Shown piece by piece: positions 1-13,192 of a DNA stretch of 64,000 bases (the stretch's first letter is position 1; every line of letters starts with the position of its first letter). The DNA is from Octopus vulgaris (Eukaryota), in assembly GCA_951406725.2 (NCBI GenBank), contig OX597820.1, positions 126,294,001-126,358,000 of the forward strand. Direction: 5' to 3'. Below the pieces are notes generated by a model that was not told the origin of the DNA, did no database searches, and saw only the letters and a program-made list of their open reading frames with translations. A program made the translations under genes and the position numbers.

Positions 1-146
1 GCGTGAGAACTAAGATACTCAGTAATGCTCATTGCAATCATTCCAGTCAAGTAACTGACGCAGCACATGATCGTACATTAACCTTCACAGTGTGGCAAAC
101 ACTTCTACATAGATGCATCCATCTACATAGACAGACTCTTCTTGGT

Positions 147-188
<42 letters not shown>

Positions 189-872
189 GGGGGAATAAAA
201 GGGAAAGAAAGGGAGTAAGAAAGAAAAGGAGAAAGTGCGGCTTGAAAGAGAGAGGATTCTGTGATGAAAGCAAAGATAGAAATACACGGGATGGGGCGCA
301 GCGTTGGATGACAGCAAGCAAAGAGTGAGCTCGCATATGGGGGGGGAGGAGGAAAGAGAAGAAAGAGTGGACAAAGAGGGAAGGTGAGAGGGAAATGTGG
401 CAAAAGGAGAGACAAAATGCTAGGAAACATAACCATATCTGTTGAGGTAAAAGCATGTATATATTTGGAATTTGACTCTTGTAGCATTCATTGCCTGCTT
501 GATCGTTTCAAGAACGTTATGTACGTATATATGTAGATGTCACTTTGTGTATCATGTATGCATGTATACAGCAAAATGTGCTGGGTAGGCTACTGAGAGG
601 GAGTGGAATGGGAGTGGGGGTAAAAAGAAGAGATTTTCTCAAGTTGGGGGGTGGGATAATTAAGCAACGGGTGAGGGTGAAAGTGAAATGCTAGGAAAGT
701 GTGATGAGGGCAGATGTTCAGGGTCAAGATAAAAATACACGCGTCTAGGTGTATATAGTGACAGGTAGTAAGACACGAAGTAGAAAAGAGCCTCATTCTC
801 GTGGAAATGCATGCATGTATATATATGTATTTATATAGACGCATATAAATACCTATCAAACCATATTTCTGT

Positions 873-1417
<545 letters not shown>

Positions 1418-1752
1418 CATATATATAAACATACATACGCGCGCGCACACATACACAAATCATATGCATTTATACATGTGCATATACATATACCGATATG
1501 TACATATACATTCACATATTCAGGCATATAATACAAATGCATATGTATAAGCATAATACATGCGTATTACATATACGTAAATCCATGTATATAAAACACA
1601 TATACATATATGTGTATGTACAAATATATAACAAATATATATGTGTATGCACAAATATATATGTCTGTGTATGTATAAATATATAACAAATGTGTGTGTA
1701 TAAATGTGTGTGTGCGTCGACAGCACTGCGTGCGGATTTGAGCTAGCGAGAT

Positions 1753-1783
<31 letters not shown>

Positions 1784-1979
1784 ATGTACTTTACCCTGCA
1801 GACACACAGCTACTCACTGCGCTAGTTCTAACTATCTCACCTGAAAGTATTTGATTTCAACCAAATAAGCAGCCAGGTGAACAAAACATATCTTAAACGC
1901 AACGCATACACGTATCTATTTCATGGTACTTCGGTAATTGGGAAGAGAGACCTATTTCTGAAACATAGTTTGCAGGTGC

Positions 1980-2016
1980 GAATAAGGGGTATGAATAAGG
2001 GGTATGAATAAGGGGT
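1980..2016. repeat. 13-bp tandem repeat (gaataaggggtat) x~3
   Basis: gaataaggggtat gaataaggggtat gaataaggggt read directly. Confidence 0.9.
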
Positions 2017-2328
2017 TCTTGGTTTATGCTTGCTGTCATTGCTATTACTTTTGTTACTAATATTTTATGTGGGTATTAGTGATTGCTGCTAATCATAGAG
2101 GTGAGGATGAGGTTGTCGTTATTTATGTTTGTAGTTTGTTCACGATTCCGCTCGAAATAGTTGATTCCTTTCCAAGATTTCTAGATCACGTCAGATCACC
2201 TTACACACGTCAACCCCCCCCCCCCCCTTCTCTTTCTTCCACTCTGCTGACAACTACATACACATGTGCGTGTGCGTGTGTGTGTGTGTGTGTGTAATTT
2301 ATAATATACACACGATATATATACTCTC

Positions 2329-2510
2329 TCTCTTTTACTCTTTTACTTGTTTCAGTCATTTGACTGCGGCCATGCTGGAGCGCCGCCTTTAATCGAGCAA
2401 CTCGACCCCGGGACTTATTCTTTTGTAAGCCCAGTACTTATTCTATCGGTCTCTTTTGCCGAACCGCTAAGTAACGGAGACATAAACACACCAGCATCGG
2501 TTGTCACACA
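2329..2510 (-). mobile_element. 3' half of microsatellite-carrying SINE (family C)
   Basis: Reverse complement of the family C tail (...ccagcatggccgcagtcaaatgactgaaacaagtaaaagag), also at 17330-17533, 33911-34100 and 38272-38480. Confidence 0.85.
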
Positions 2511-2573
2511 AACACACACATATATCTGCTTATATATTTGTTTATAAAGGTGTGTATGTGTGTGTGTATGCGT

Positions 2574-2888
2574 GTAGAGGCGCAATGGCCCAGTGGTTAG
2601 GGCTGCGAACTGAATTCGCGGTCATATGTTCCCAGACCGGGCGTTGTGAGTGTTTATTGAGCGAAAACACAAAGCCCCACAAGGCTCCGGCAGGGGGTGC
2701 TGGTAAAACCTGCTGTACTCTTTCACCAGAACTTTCTCTCACTCTTTCTTCCTGTTTCTGTTGTACCTGTATTACAAAGGGCCAGCCTTGTCACACTCTG
2801 GGCCACGCTGAATCTTCCCGAAAACTACGTTAAGGATACATGTGTCTATGGAGTGCTCAGTTACTTTCACGTTAAGGACGGAGTGCTA
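2574..2888 (+). mobile_element. tRNA-derived SINE, head B + tail 1
   Basis: Pol III A-box tggcccagtggttagg. Head body cagaccgggcgttgtg...ttattgagcgaaaacac is shared with 20089 and 55819. 3' part (aaagggccagccttgtcac...actacgttaagg...gacggagt) is shared with the SINE at 12454. Confidence 0.85.
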
Positions 2889-2893
2889 TAGTA

Positions 2894-2972
<79 letters not shown>

Positions 2973-3386
2973 TAAATATATACAAACTGATCGTCCTTGA
3001 GTCAAGTAACCGGAAGAAGAGGCTAGGTATATCTTTCTGTTATATTTGTGTATTTGAAGAAGACATTCTCTGTTTAAACGTTTATCATACATTACAGGGT
3101 TGGTTTTAAATTTCAGTCTTCCAGATTATGAAAACGTTGACAGAGTCCCTGGCATGAATTTAATTCAGTTCTATAAACGCTATCCAATTAATTTTATAAG
3201 TTGGTTTGGCGCAGGATTTAACTTGGGTTAGCAACTGATATCTTATTACTCAGTGGCTTGGAAGAGCAGAGATGGCTGGATCAATAATACAATGTACAGA
3301 CAACCGAAGTATCGATTATTAATTTCCTATCATCGATGTTGTGTGTGTGTGTGTCAAGGACCGAGACATTTGGCTGTCAAAGGTTA

Positions 3387-3665
3387 TGTCTATCAAAATG
3401 TGTGTAGGCTGCTGGTGTTGTCTGGCTCCAGATCTGTGGTCATAAATGTTCCAGCTGTGATCATCGTCTTTTTCCTTTGTTATTTCCTTTGATATATTTA
3501 CAGTTGCTTTAAGCCAGATTGTAACCCAGGATTACGTTGTAAAATGTTCCTCATTTTTTGAAGGTAGTAAGATGTGATTTGAGATTTGTCTCAAGTCACA
3601 TCATGCTAAGGAGATTTGTCTGCTATTTCCAGCAGATGGCACAGTGACATAGAGGTTTCTTTTTT
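3387..3665 (+). repeat. Unclassified dispersed repeat family D (representative copy)
   Basis: Motifs ...atgatcaaa..attccagc.gtgacc... and gtgatttgag.gagatttggctgctatttc.agcag recur in decayed form near 7400-7600, 11740-12300, 15300-15770, 17680, 18840-19000, 25340-25540, 34740-34920, 51770-51920 and 56245-56420. Confidence 0.65.
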
Positions 3666-4856
3666 AGCTGAGAAAAGTACCACCTTCTTGTATCTTTGAG
3701 CTCACAAAAGTAACGCCTCAGAGATTAATGTTGGAAGCAGCACTATCAGTGCTGTGGAATTAGTAATTTATCTTGTACTGCAGAATCTTATTCCTCTTGC
3801 ATGGCAAGCTGTAATAAGCTAAGATCCAATTCAGAGATTCTCTTTTTTTTTTTGTTGGCTTTGTACCATGCGAGACGAAAGTAAGTACTGGCCCTATAGA
3901 TATTTTATTTTTCGGGAAAGGACAATCATATAACGATTAGCGTGTTTATCCAATCACATTTTAAACAGAGTGATGGAAATATGTCATAAGTAATTAGAGG
4001 TATGAAAATTTCTATGAGGCTGAGTTGGAAAGAGGTGATTGAAGGTTATTAGGCCCTCCTCTCTTTGGGCCGGAAGATAAAGGAATAACATGACCTGCAT
4101 GTTTCCTTCAATCCAATCCCGGAATAGTGATATTTGGTGCATAGAACGTTAGACGGACTTTTATTGTTTTGTTGTTGAATTCCTTAAATTTTGCAAATGA
4201 ACAAAACAACTCTCAATAAAATGACAAACAAATTATTTGTAGTTACGTTAGTATATTAAACATTGAGGCTTCTGTCATTGGCGTAGCGTTGGTTTAGCAT
4301 CTGCAGTAGCTTAACTCAAATTGGCTGCTCTCGTCCTTATACGTAACAAATCTTCGACTAGAGGAAACTCACGTATATAAAATGGGGCCGCCCTGTGTAG
4401 ACTGCACACATGCTGCTCATCGAATGTCTGGCCACAGGGTTTTGCACATGCATTTACTGCGTTGATTTTCTAAAATTCTTTTAACACGAGAATGTTCTCC
4501 GACACGTGATAGTTAAGTTTGGAAGTATACTTCTTTTGCTGAGGGTAATATCAGGAAATATGATATGATACAATAATTATAATTTAACTTTTATCAAATA
4601 TCTTTATGCTTATACAAAATGACGAATGGAATGCTATTTTCCAGATTTCCCTTTTATATATTAGCAATAAATATGTAGTTTTATCAATATAATAGCAATC
4701 GCCTTCGTGGAATGTCTATTTTTCAGAAAGTCATCAGTCTGCCACCAAGCCTCCTACGTTCTTGTGTTAACACCTCTTATGCTAACTCTCTCTGTAGTAC
4801 TCTTTTACTCTCCATACGATGTAATGTGTGACCGGAGAATTCAAACAACCAGCTAC

Positions 4857-5147
4857 GGTAAAGACACCCATCGGTCATGAAGGACCATGGGATGGCACCT
4901 AGAAAGTTTCCTTCCGAAACAGAAGTTTGCGTAAAGTTGTTTATGGAAATATGACATAATACACCCAGGTTTACTCTCTCCCAGCCACCAATGTGGCAAA
5001 AGCCGATACAACATGGCATCAGTGATATTACAATTCATTTCTACAGCTGAGGGAACTGAAACAACGTGAAATAAACACAGCTCGGTCCAGAATCGAACTC
5101 ACTTCCGCATGATTGTGAACCCGACGCTCTAATCCTGAGCCATGCTC
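4857..5147 (-). mobile_element. tRNA-derived CORE-like SINE, head A + RTE-5'UTR-type tail
   Basis: Minus strand reads gcatggctcag...gagttcgattc (A/B boxes), then tttatttcacgttg..cag..c.ctcagctg..aaatga as in 12454. The tail differs (cactgatgccatgttgtatcggc...atcccatggtccttcatgaccga) and resembles the RTE-UTR element at 42511-42870. Confidence 0.75.
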
Positions 5148-6145
5148 TTTTACTATATCGACTATCATTATATAGAGATATTATCTGATGGCGCTGCTGT
5201 AACAGATTTATTGTGAAACATCTTATCGAGCATAATTCTGTAAATTGAGAACGTTGATTAAATATTTGTGAGATTGTAGTTAATCATAGTTTAACCCAAA
5301 TAAGGACATTATAAGCCATTTACTCGGTCACATATATCACTCTGGTTCAATAGTAACTTTGCAAACGACAAGGAACACCACTATATACTATTTATTCGAT
5401 AAAATAATTAATGCGAGCAGCGATTCCGCTCGAGGCTTGGCCTCACGCCTATTTAAAGAATCAACAGTTGGCCTTTTGCCTGCTCAAAAGAGGTTTTCTG
5501 AATTTCTTGAAAATAAAAGTTTGAACTATGCCACATAATAAATATTTATATTTCTTTTATTATCAGTAAAATATCACCTAAAACATGATCTTCACATTTA
5601 TTTGTGTCATATTATTGGCAATGGCTAATGTTAAATCCCTTCAGACTCGCCTTTAGAATGTACAGAGGCTTCGTATCATAAATAGCTGTTGTCTATATTA
5701 GTTTTTTCGTAATTTCCTTCGAATATCCTGAGATTAAAGACAGAGTGAATAAGAATTGTTAACTGCTTCGAGCAGCCGTCAGATGGAGAGGTTTTGAGAT
5801 GAAAAAACGTATATATGCTTAAATTGGTAGCCAAGTTTAAGTAGCTGATTGGTGAGAAAGATGAAGACAAAAAAAAAAGAAAGTGTACTGTGCAAAGGGG
5901 AAGGCGGACTTGGACCACAAAAAGAAATGAGAAAGAAAGAGAGAGAAGAAAAGGAGAAAGGGGACGAGAGAGAAGACGAATGAGAGAGAAAGAGAAAGCG
6001 AGATAGAGAGACAGGCAGACAGGAAAACAGAGCAAGATAGATGAAGACAAAGAAACATTAACAAAGATTATAAAGAGAGAAGTAAAAGGATGGCTGTCCG
6101 ATATATATATGTTTATATATGTGTGTGTATATATATGTATGTATA

Positions 6146-6208
<63 letters not shown>

Positions 6209-6267
6209 TTTGTGTGTGTGTGTGTGTGTAAGAAAGGGAGAAAGTGAGTGAGAGAGAAAGAAAGTCT

Positions 6268-6772
6268 GTATTCCAAATAAGTGTAACTTCAGAAAATTAA
6301 AAGGAAGTAAAAGAAACTAAAACAAGACACTATTCATATGTTAATATATATATTTCATTTGGGGATTTGGCTTGCAAGATTCTTTACGTGAGTTCGTGTG
6401 TTGAAGCATATTCTCTTGTGTCTGGGGAGTGTCATTTTCTTTTTGTGCCTTTATACAATTTAATACACTCACCAGTAAAATTTCCACTTATTCCTTATCT
6501 TTATTTTCCTAAAATTTTCGTTGCGTCTTACAACTTTTACAATAGTCTTGACTCAATTTAACATGTGACTTTATATAACAAGTGAAAAGTGTCTTGTTTT
6601 AATTTCTTTGATTTTTCATTTACTTTCTTTTGTTTTTCTCATAATTTACTCTTATTTGGAATAAAGAGAGTCAAGACTAGGAAAATAAAGATAAGGAATA
6701 AGTGGAAATTTTACCGGTGATTGTGTTAAATTATAAGGCACAAAAAGAAAATTACTCTCCCCAGACACAACA
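6268..6772. mobile_element. Permuted inverted repeat pair, probable Penelope-like pseudo-LTR remnants
   Basis: 6268-6343 matches the reverse complement of 6577-6663, and 6415-6555 matches the reverse complement of 6668-6772. Block order is permuted between copies. A degenerate hammerhead-like stem (gttg.aagacgcaac-GAAA) lies on the minus strand at ~6515-6545. Confidence 0.6.
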
Positions 6773-6815
<43 letters not shown>

Positions 6816-6961
6816 TATTTGCACATAGGGTTATAGATGAAAGGACAAACGGCAGTATGAGTGTGTGTATGTGTATTTGTGATGGAGTGAGTGTGCATGT
6901 GTGTGAGTTTGTGTACGCACACATTTCTACCAACATATGCACGCATTCAAGCATATACCAC

Positions 6962-6992
<31 letters not shown>

Positions 6993-7817
6993 ATTAGACA
7001 AATACATGCTGCAACTGATGCAGAATAACCTCGATATTGACAATGGTGGGGTGGGTGGTGGAAGCCAGGACATTTGCGGTTCTGGTGATAGAGATGCTGG
7101 CGTTGGTGTTGCTGATAACGGTGTTTCTGATTGCAGTGGTATTAAAAATGATGATGGCAGTGGCGGTATTGATGTTGATGCTGGCGCCGATGGTAACGGT
7201 GGTTGCGGTGCTGGTGGCTGTAGGGGGTGATATTCCAAGAGTGGTAAGAAGGAAGCAGGAGGATAGTGGATGATTATCATTAAGGTGTTGATATCTAATT
7301 TATTCTATATGTACGTATGTTAGTTATGAGTCATGTCTTACGAGCTGGGTGGTATGTATTATCAGTGAGATAACTAATTTCTTGTTGCTGTTATTGAAGT
7401 TGTTGTTGCCCGACCCCAAATCATTCCAGAACTAACAGACTGTGATCAGAAACATTCCAAACGTGACTATCTTTTCTTTCTTCTACACCAGTATAGTAGG
7501 TCACGTGCTTGATTATCAAATGTGACATTACTGATTTTAAGAAGCGTAATTTAAAAGTTTTGGTTGCTATTTTAGCACCCCAAGTGAACCCGCAAGCACA
7601 TCGTAGTTCACTTGTAATTTTCGTTTTTTAACCATCCAGCCAACTTGCAGTGTTCCCATGATCAAAATCTCGTCACACTACATCAAGGCATATTCTTTTT
7701 CATTAATTGTTATGTAATTAAAACTACAAGATCATTCATTAAGCTTATGATTTTTCTCTCCTTCACACAACAGATATGAATCTAATTAATTAAAATTCCT
7801 TAGCATACATGGACAGA

Positions 7818-7985
7818 AACGTGACTGTGTAGTAAAAAGTTTGCTTCCTGGTCACAGGATTCCGGTTTCAGTCCCACTGCAGGGAACCTTGGTCACCGGA
7901 GGGACCACTGCTTTGTGAATGGATTCAGTAGTCAGAAACTGAAAAAAGTACATTGTGTATATGTATACATACTCGCACACACGCA

Positions 7986-8069
<84 letters not shown>

Positions 8070-8298
8070 CACTCACAAAATGTGCATGTGTGTATTTGTT
8101 TGTCCCCACCTCTGCTTGACAACCGTAGCTAGTTTGTTTGCATCCCAGTAAACTAGCGGTTCAGCAAAAAAGCGACCGATAAAATAAGTACCAGACTTAA
8201 GATAACGATAAGTACTGTGGTCAATCTGTTTGGCTCAAACCTTCAAGGTCGCGACCCTGCGTGGCCGCTGTCCAATGACCCAAAACAAATAAAAGATA
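7818..8298 (+). mobile_element. Family C SINE with internal (CA)n
   Basis: Head gtgactgtgtagtaa...tttcagtcccactg, internal (CA)n ~7989-8065, tail gcttgacaaccg...ataagtacca...aacaaataaaagataa. Confidence 0.8.
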
Positions 8299-8689
8299 AC
8301 AGATGCTGCTGTACTGAGGATGCTAACACCGATATTACCACTTACCATTTTAGATTACGTTTGGCGAGACGGAATGTTATGGCAACAGTAGTGTTATGTG
8401 GTGTAATGAGGAGGGTGGGAGTAAAAACGGGTTAAGAAACCAGATAATGTCAAGCTTTCTTCTTTCTCTTTTTCTGTTTTCGTTTCTTTTCTTTTTATAG
8501 CTTCCACTTCAACTTTCAGCAAGAACTTAGTTGCAAAAGAAGATATCTATCTACCGACTGATCATGAACAGACGCTTCTTATGTGTTTTAAAGGATACCG
8601 GATTCTTGTTTGCTTGTTTTTTTTTTTTTTTCTATGAATAAGTTTTTCTTTATTAAAGCCCTTCTCAAACTTACTAAGTGTTCCATATA

Positions 8690-8892
<203 letters not shown>

Positions 8893-9429
8893 CCGCGTGT
8901 GTATCGTTGGCGATTTTTTCTTCTGTATTTCCTTCCTTGGATCTTTCCTTGAGTACTTTACTAACATTTGGATAATGATCAAGTGTTCATTCCTACTACT
9001 ATCATAACCGACGCCTTCCTAAATTTTAATTCTTAACTTTAATTCTGAAGGACAAACACTTTGTTAAATTTTACGTATTGCTTTAACTTGGGCTTTAAAG
9101 ACAGTTTGGCATATCTTCAAAATTCTGTTCAAATTTGTGGCATCACCACTAACACTCTCTTCCTGATTTGCCTTTGCCTGTTCGTGAAGGTTTGGTGTGT
9201 TTGTATAATTTATGGACACTTCTTCACCATAAACATCAATCTATATAAACAAGCTAAGAAAAGATTCTAACCAATAAGTCAACGTTCTTAAGTTTAAACA
9301 GTAACAATATCACTCTAAGCTTCAAGTTTGCATCTCAATTTCACACCGAATATATTTAAAAGATCATTGTGTAAACCGAAGCTACAATTAAGTTGCCTGC
9401 TAATCATTTAACATAAAAATTTTGCTTAA

Positions 9430-10140
9430 ATTTATACCCAATAGGTTTATTAGTAAACGGTAGTTCTTTCCTATTAGTTACTTTTCCAAATCTTACTATT
9501 TGTGCAGCAAACATCAAAAGCGTGCAATTATCCGCCTAAGGCGTTGCTGCTTGAAAATTAAACTCGCTAGTCTAATTGTACACCTTAGTAACTCTAGATC
9601 ATTTACAAATCTCAACTGAAATGTTTCAGATAAGTAATATGATTAACATCCTTACCAATCCTACTAGCCTCAAATGCCTGAGAAAATGTTTAATTATAAA
9701 TATTCAAGGAAGCTATAATTTGGAACGGAAATACCATCTAATTATCTACAACAGCTACTAATCTGTCTAATTTTCTTTGCTATAAACTCATGAAAAAATT
9801 CACTTCAGTTGAGACAAAGTACATGTTGGTTAACGAAGGACAGCAAATATCCACCATGCCTCTAACTTGCCTGAATACTTTACTCGCTAAGGAAACGTAT
9901 GCATTATTTTAAAACAAGCTTAACTTTTTTAACTCATTAAACATGAAGTCCTCTCTATGTTTAATTGAAATACAGTCACTAAATCTATTAATTTAAATAT
10001 TCCCATCTTAATTTTAAATCTAAGTCAATATATAGTGTACAAAAATCAAACACATTGTCCAAATTTCCTTCTTGTCTCCAAAAATTCCATACTAGAGCCG
10101 ATGTTCCGTAACAAAACTAACATGCAGTACTTTAGTGAAT
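9430..10140 (-). pseudogene. Decayed Penelope-like element reverse transcriptase
   Basis: Manual minus-strand translation gives RT motifs in the right order, with stops and frameshifts: IGSSMEFLE (~10075-10101), FDFCTLY (10030-10050), NNAYV..KVFRQVRGM....PSLTNMY (~9820-9908), CR*LDGISVPN (~9718-9750; RYxDD), TKVYN*TSEFNF (~9554-9589), FAAQIVRF (9488-9511). Confidence 0.8.
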
Positions 10141-10274
10141 AGCTTTAAAATATCTACCACTAATTGCGTTAATCACTTCTTTAATTAAAATCGCTCTCTG
10201 TCTATTTTTACCTATTTTTGCAAATGGATATAGCGTAAGAATATATGTGTATGTGTTATATACATGCTCTTATC

Positions 10275-10627
<353 letters not shown>

Positions 10628-10819
10628 ATATCATGCATAGGTAAATACAGAAAAAAAATTAATATAGCTAAACGACAATTTTTTAACGCCTACGGAAAAG
10701 AATGTAAGCAAAGGTAAATACAATCTGTTGTTCGCTTCGCGTAGAGAATAACAGGATATGTTTACATATGTTTACACTTGCCACTCACAAACATCTGTTA
10801 ACTCTTCACACACGAACAC

Positions 10820-10860
<41 letters not shown>

Positions 10861-10864
10861 GTTA

Positions 10865-11127
10865 TATAATTAGGGTTCAGTAAAATAATTTACTTTACCA
10901 CACACCGAACTTTTAGAGATAGCAGCCAAAAATTTTTAGCTATTTCCTCTACAATAAGAAAAGTCTCCTAGACAATGTATACTCAAAAATAATTCACGCA
11001 GGTATAGAGGGAAAAATAACGAAAGACCACACGTACATCGATTACTTGAGAACGCCGTTTCTGGATTAGTTGGATATAGAGATCAATTAAATAATTAATA
11101 ATTAATTAATTTTAGCCTTTTATTATT

Positions 11128-11158
<31 letters not shown>

Positions 11159-11330
11159 CTATAAAGGATAAAAGGACTGGAAAATATGCAACCAACTTCA
11201 TTAGCTAATGGCTGTTTCTGCTACACTGTGCTATACGTTCCGAGGAAGCTGTAAAATGATGGACAAGCACTCAGCTTTGAGTGTACTGCGCCTTAGAGCA
11301 GAAACAGCTGTACGCCAATGAAGTTCAAGC
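10865..11330. mobile_element. Probable Penelope-like terminal-repeat remnants
   Basis: Partial hammerhead 3' halves: minus ccagaaacggcgtt (~11045-11066) and plus gcagaaacagctgta (~11298-11312, palindromic ACAGCTGT). Short inverted repeat gctgtttctgct / agcagaaacagc. Flanked by (TA)n. Confidence 0.4.
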
Positions 11331-12453
11331 GAAGTTTCCTGTTCCTTTGTCATTTATTCAATTTCCTATTACGCTCAATTATACTCAACCAACGCTTTAT
11401 TCCGAATCATATGTATATCGAGTTCTCACGCCATGTTATTAGTATCGTTATGCCTAAGCGAATCATTAATGTCTGTATGTGTGTGTGTGTTGCAATTGTT
11501 CAATGCCAATAATTTCATGTAAATAATATTCGCAGTTATTGAATCATGGTTTGAATAATACTGGCAGGTCAGCCATTCTTGTTTGCCTGAATGAAAACGA
11601 AAGACCAAAAGAGATTTCGCATGCTTGCCTTTATTCAGTTAATTAAGCCTTTTGTCTTTCTCCCATCCGTTGCTCTGCTAAATCTCGCTTACATTCAATA
11701 GTAACAGTAGTACAAACAATAGTGACATTATAGCACCAAAACATCACTCGATTTGCTAACAGTAACAACCAATTCTTCCTAAAATCACACCCCATCGCCT
11801 CAGAAAAGGTGGTACCGCAGCACCAGTAAAAGAGGGGGTAAAACTACTAACTTTAAAATTAATTTAAACAACAATAATTTTTGTTCTCTTTATATAGTTT
11901 TCATCCTTTAATGATTTAAATCTATGAAGTTGTTCACTATTTATTGTTACATAAGAAGTTTTTATTTTAGCCTAAAGTCACCCCAATCAAGCAAACCTAT
12001 GATTATAAGCACTTTAGCCTCGATGATCCTATCTTTTTTGAGTCAATGTGTATCCCAGAATGCATTATACTACTTTTTAAGAGAGAAGAGTATCACTTAA
12101 TAGATATTTGGTTGCTATTTCTAGTAGGTCAAGTAACCAGAAGGGGTCTTTCTTATTGGCTCACAAGTGGAAATTTAAAAAATTTTTTAAAAGGTAAGGA
12201 AAAAGACAAACCCCATCGCCTCAGAAAAAATAAACTAGTGAGTTGAAGGGGATTTGGCTTTATTCCTAGCAGGTCGAGCTACTGAGTTGAGGTCCGACCA
12301 TGGCCACTTATTGGTTGGTCTTATTAACGGTGTAAATTAACGATGGCAATATTGCTTTTTGTTTGATTCTTGCTTGCTTTTCGTTTCTTTTTATAACCAA
12401 CAAGTGCGATGCCATCTTAACTTACTAGCGGCCTATTATCCATTTGATGTATA

Positions 12454-12781
12454 AGTGAGGGCGCGTGGCTTAGTGGTTAGGGCATTCGGCTCATGATCGT
12501 AAGGTTGTGAGTTCGATTCCCGGCGACGCGTTGTGTCCTTGAGCAAGACACTTTATTTCACGTTGCTCCAGTCCACTCAGCTGGCAAAAATGAGTTGTAC
12601 TTGTATTTCAAAGGGTCAGCCTTGTCACTCTCTGTGTCACGCTGATTATCCCCGAGAACTACGTTAAGGGTACACGTGTCTGTGGAATGCTCAGCCATTT
12701 GCACGTTAATTTCACGAGCAAGCTGTTCCGTTGATCGTATCAGCTGGGACCCTCGTCGTCGTAACCGGCGGAGTCTTCAAG
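12454..12781 (+). mobile_element. Full-length tRNA-derived CORE-like SINE, head A + tail 1
   Basis: A-box tggcttagtggttagg, B-box gagttcgattcc, CORE-like gtgtccttgagcaagacacttta...ccactcagctg..aaatgagt, tail ending cctcgtcgtcgtaaccggcggagt. Perfect 12-bp TSD atttgatgtata (12442-12453 / 12782-12793). Confidence 0.92.
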
Positions 12782-12809
12782 ATTTGATGTATACTGTACT
12801 ATATTATAT

Positions 12810-13190
12810 ATTTTTTCAACTTGCGAACGCTTTCTGTATATGTCTACAGAAATAAAACCCGCTAATAAAATTAGATGGACCAATATGCATTGAAAACATA
12901 TTCTTGAAAACTAGCTCGATTCATAAATCACAGACGTGTTGATAAACTTTTGTTTCAATGCTATATACTGTTCTATAGGAGATATTCTAAAATGTTTAGC
13001 CAAAACAATATCTACGACTAGATATAAACCTCTTGTCTGATGAAATCCTATAACAGGAGGGAAACTAGTTTGGCTGATTTCGTTTTACTGTGCAGGAAGA
13101 CAATGTGTATACTGACCAGGTGTGTACATCTGTCCATACATAGAGTGTTGCCTATAAATATATTTATAGATTTACAAATATATTCTTTAA
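12810..13190 (+). mobile_element. 3' remnant of Penelope-like element (possible GIY-YIG C-terminus plus hammerhead-like motif)
   Basis: One frame reads TCERFLYMSTEIKPANKIRWTNMH*KHILEN*, resembling the CxxE...NK....HxKxxLxN end of PLE endonucleases. A hammerhead core follows ~120 nt later. Confidence 0.45.
13033..13074 (+). ncRNA. Degenerate minimal hammerhead ribozyme motif
   Basis: CTGATGA (13037-43), aaTCCTataacAGGAgg, GAAAC (13061-65), with palindromic AAACTAGTTT. The helix II closing pair and helix I are mismatched. Confidence 0.5.
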
Positions 13191-13192
13191 TG

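Noticed and set aside
2347-2547. [17 protein letters not shown]... recurring at 17323-17745 and related frames
   Set aside because: It is the antisense reading of the family C SINE tail, not a gene family.
5645-5845. Possible minus-strand exon (pyrimidine tract + CAG; AAG|GCGAGT donor)
   Set aside because: Stops in all frames of the shorter version and a non-canonical donor; insufficient without transcript data.
7006-7273. Gly/Asp-rich ORF resembling a structural protein
   Set aside because: A decayed (GGT/GAT) low-complexity tract, open in several frames.
8338-8350. Strong minus-strand donor ATG|GTAAGT
   Set aside because: No convincing upstream acceptor; expected by chance in 64 kb.
11789-12228. 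19-bp exact direct repeat accccatcgcctcagaaaa
   Set aside because: Lies within family D fragments; cannot be tied to a defined insertion or array.
12459-12530. tRNA-like sequence (also at 2577, 20092, ~28925-29100)
   Set aside because: Continues into SINE body with TSDs or lacks an acceptor stem; these are SINE heads, not tRNA genes.
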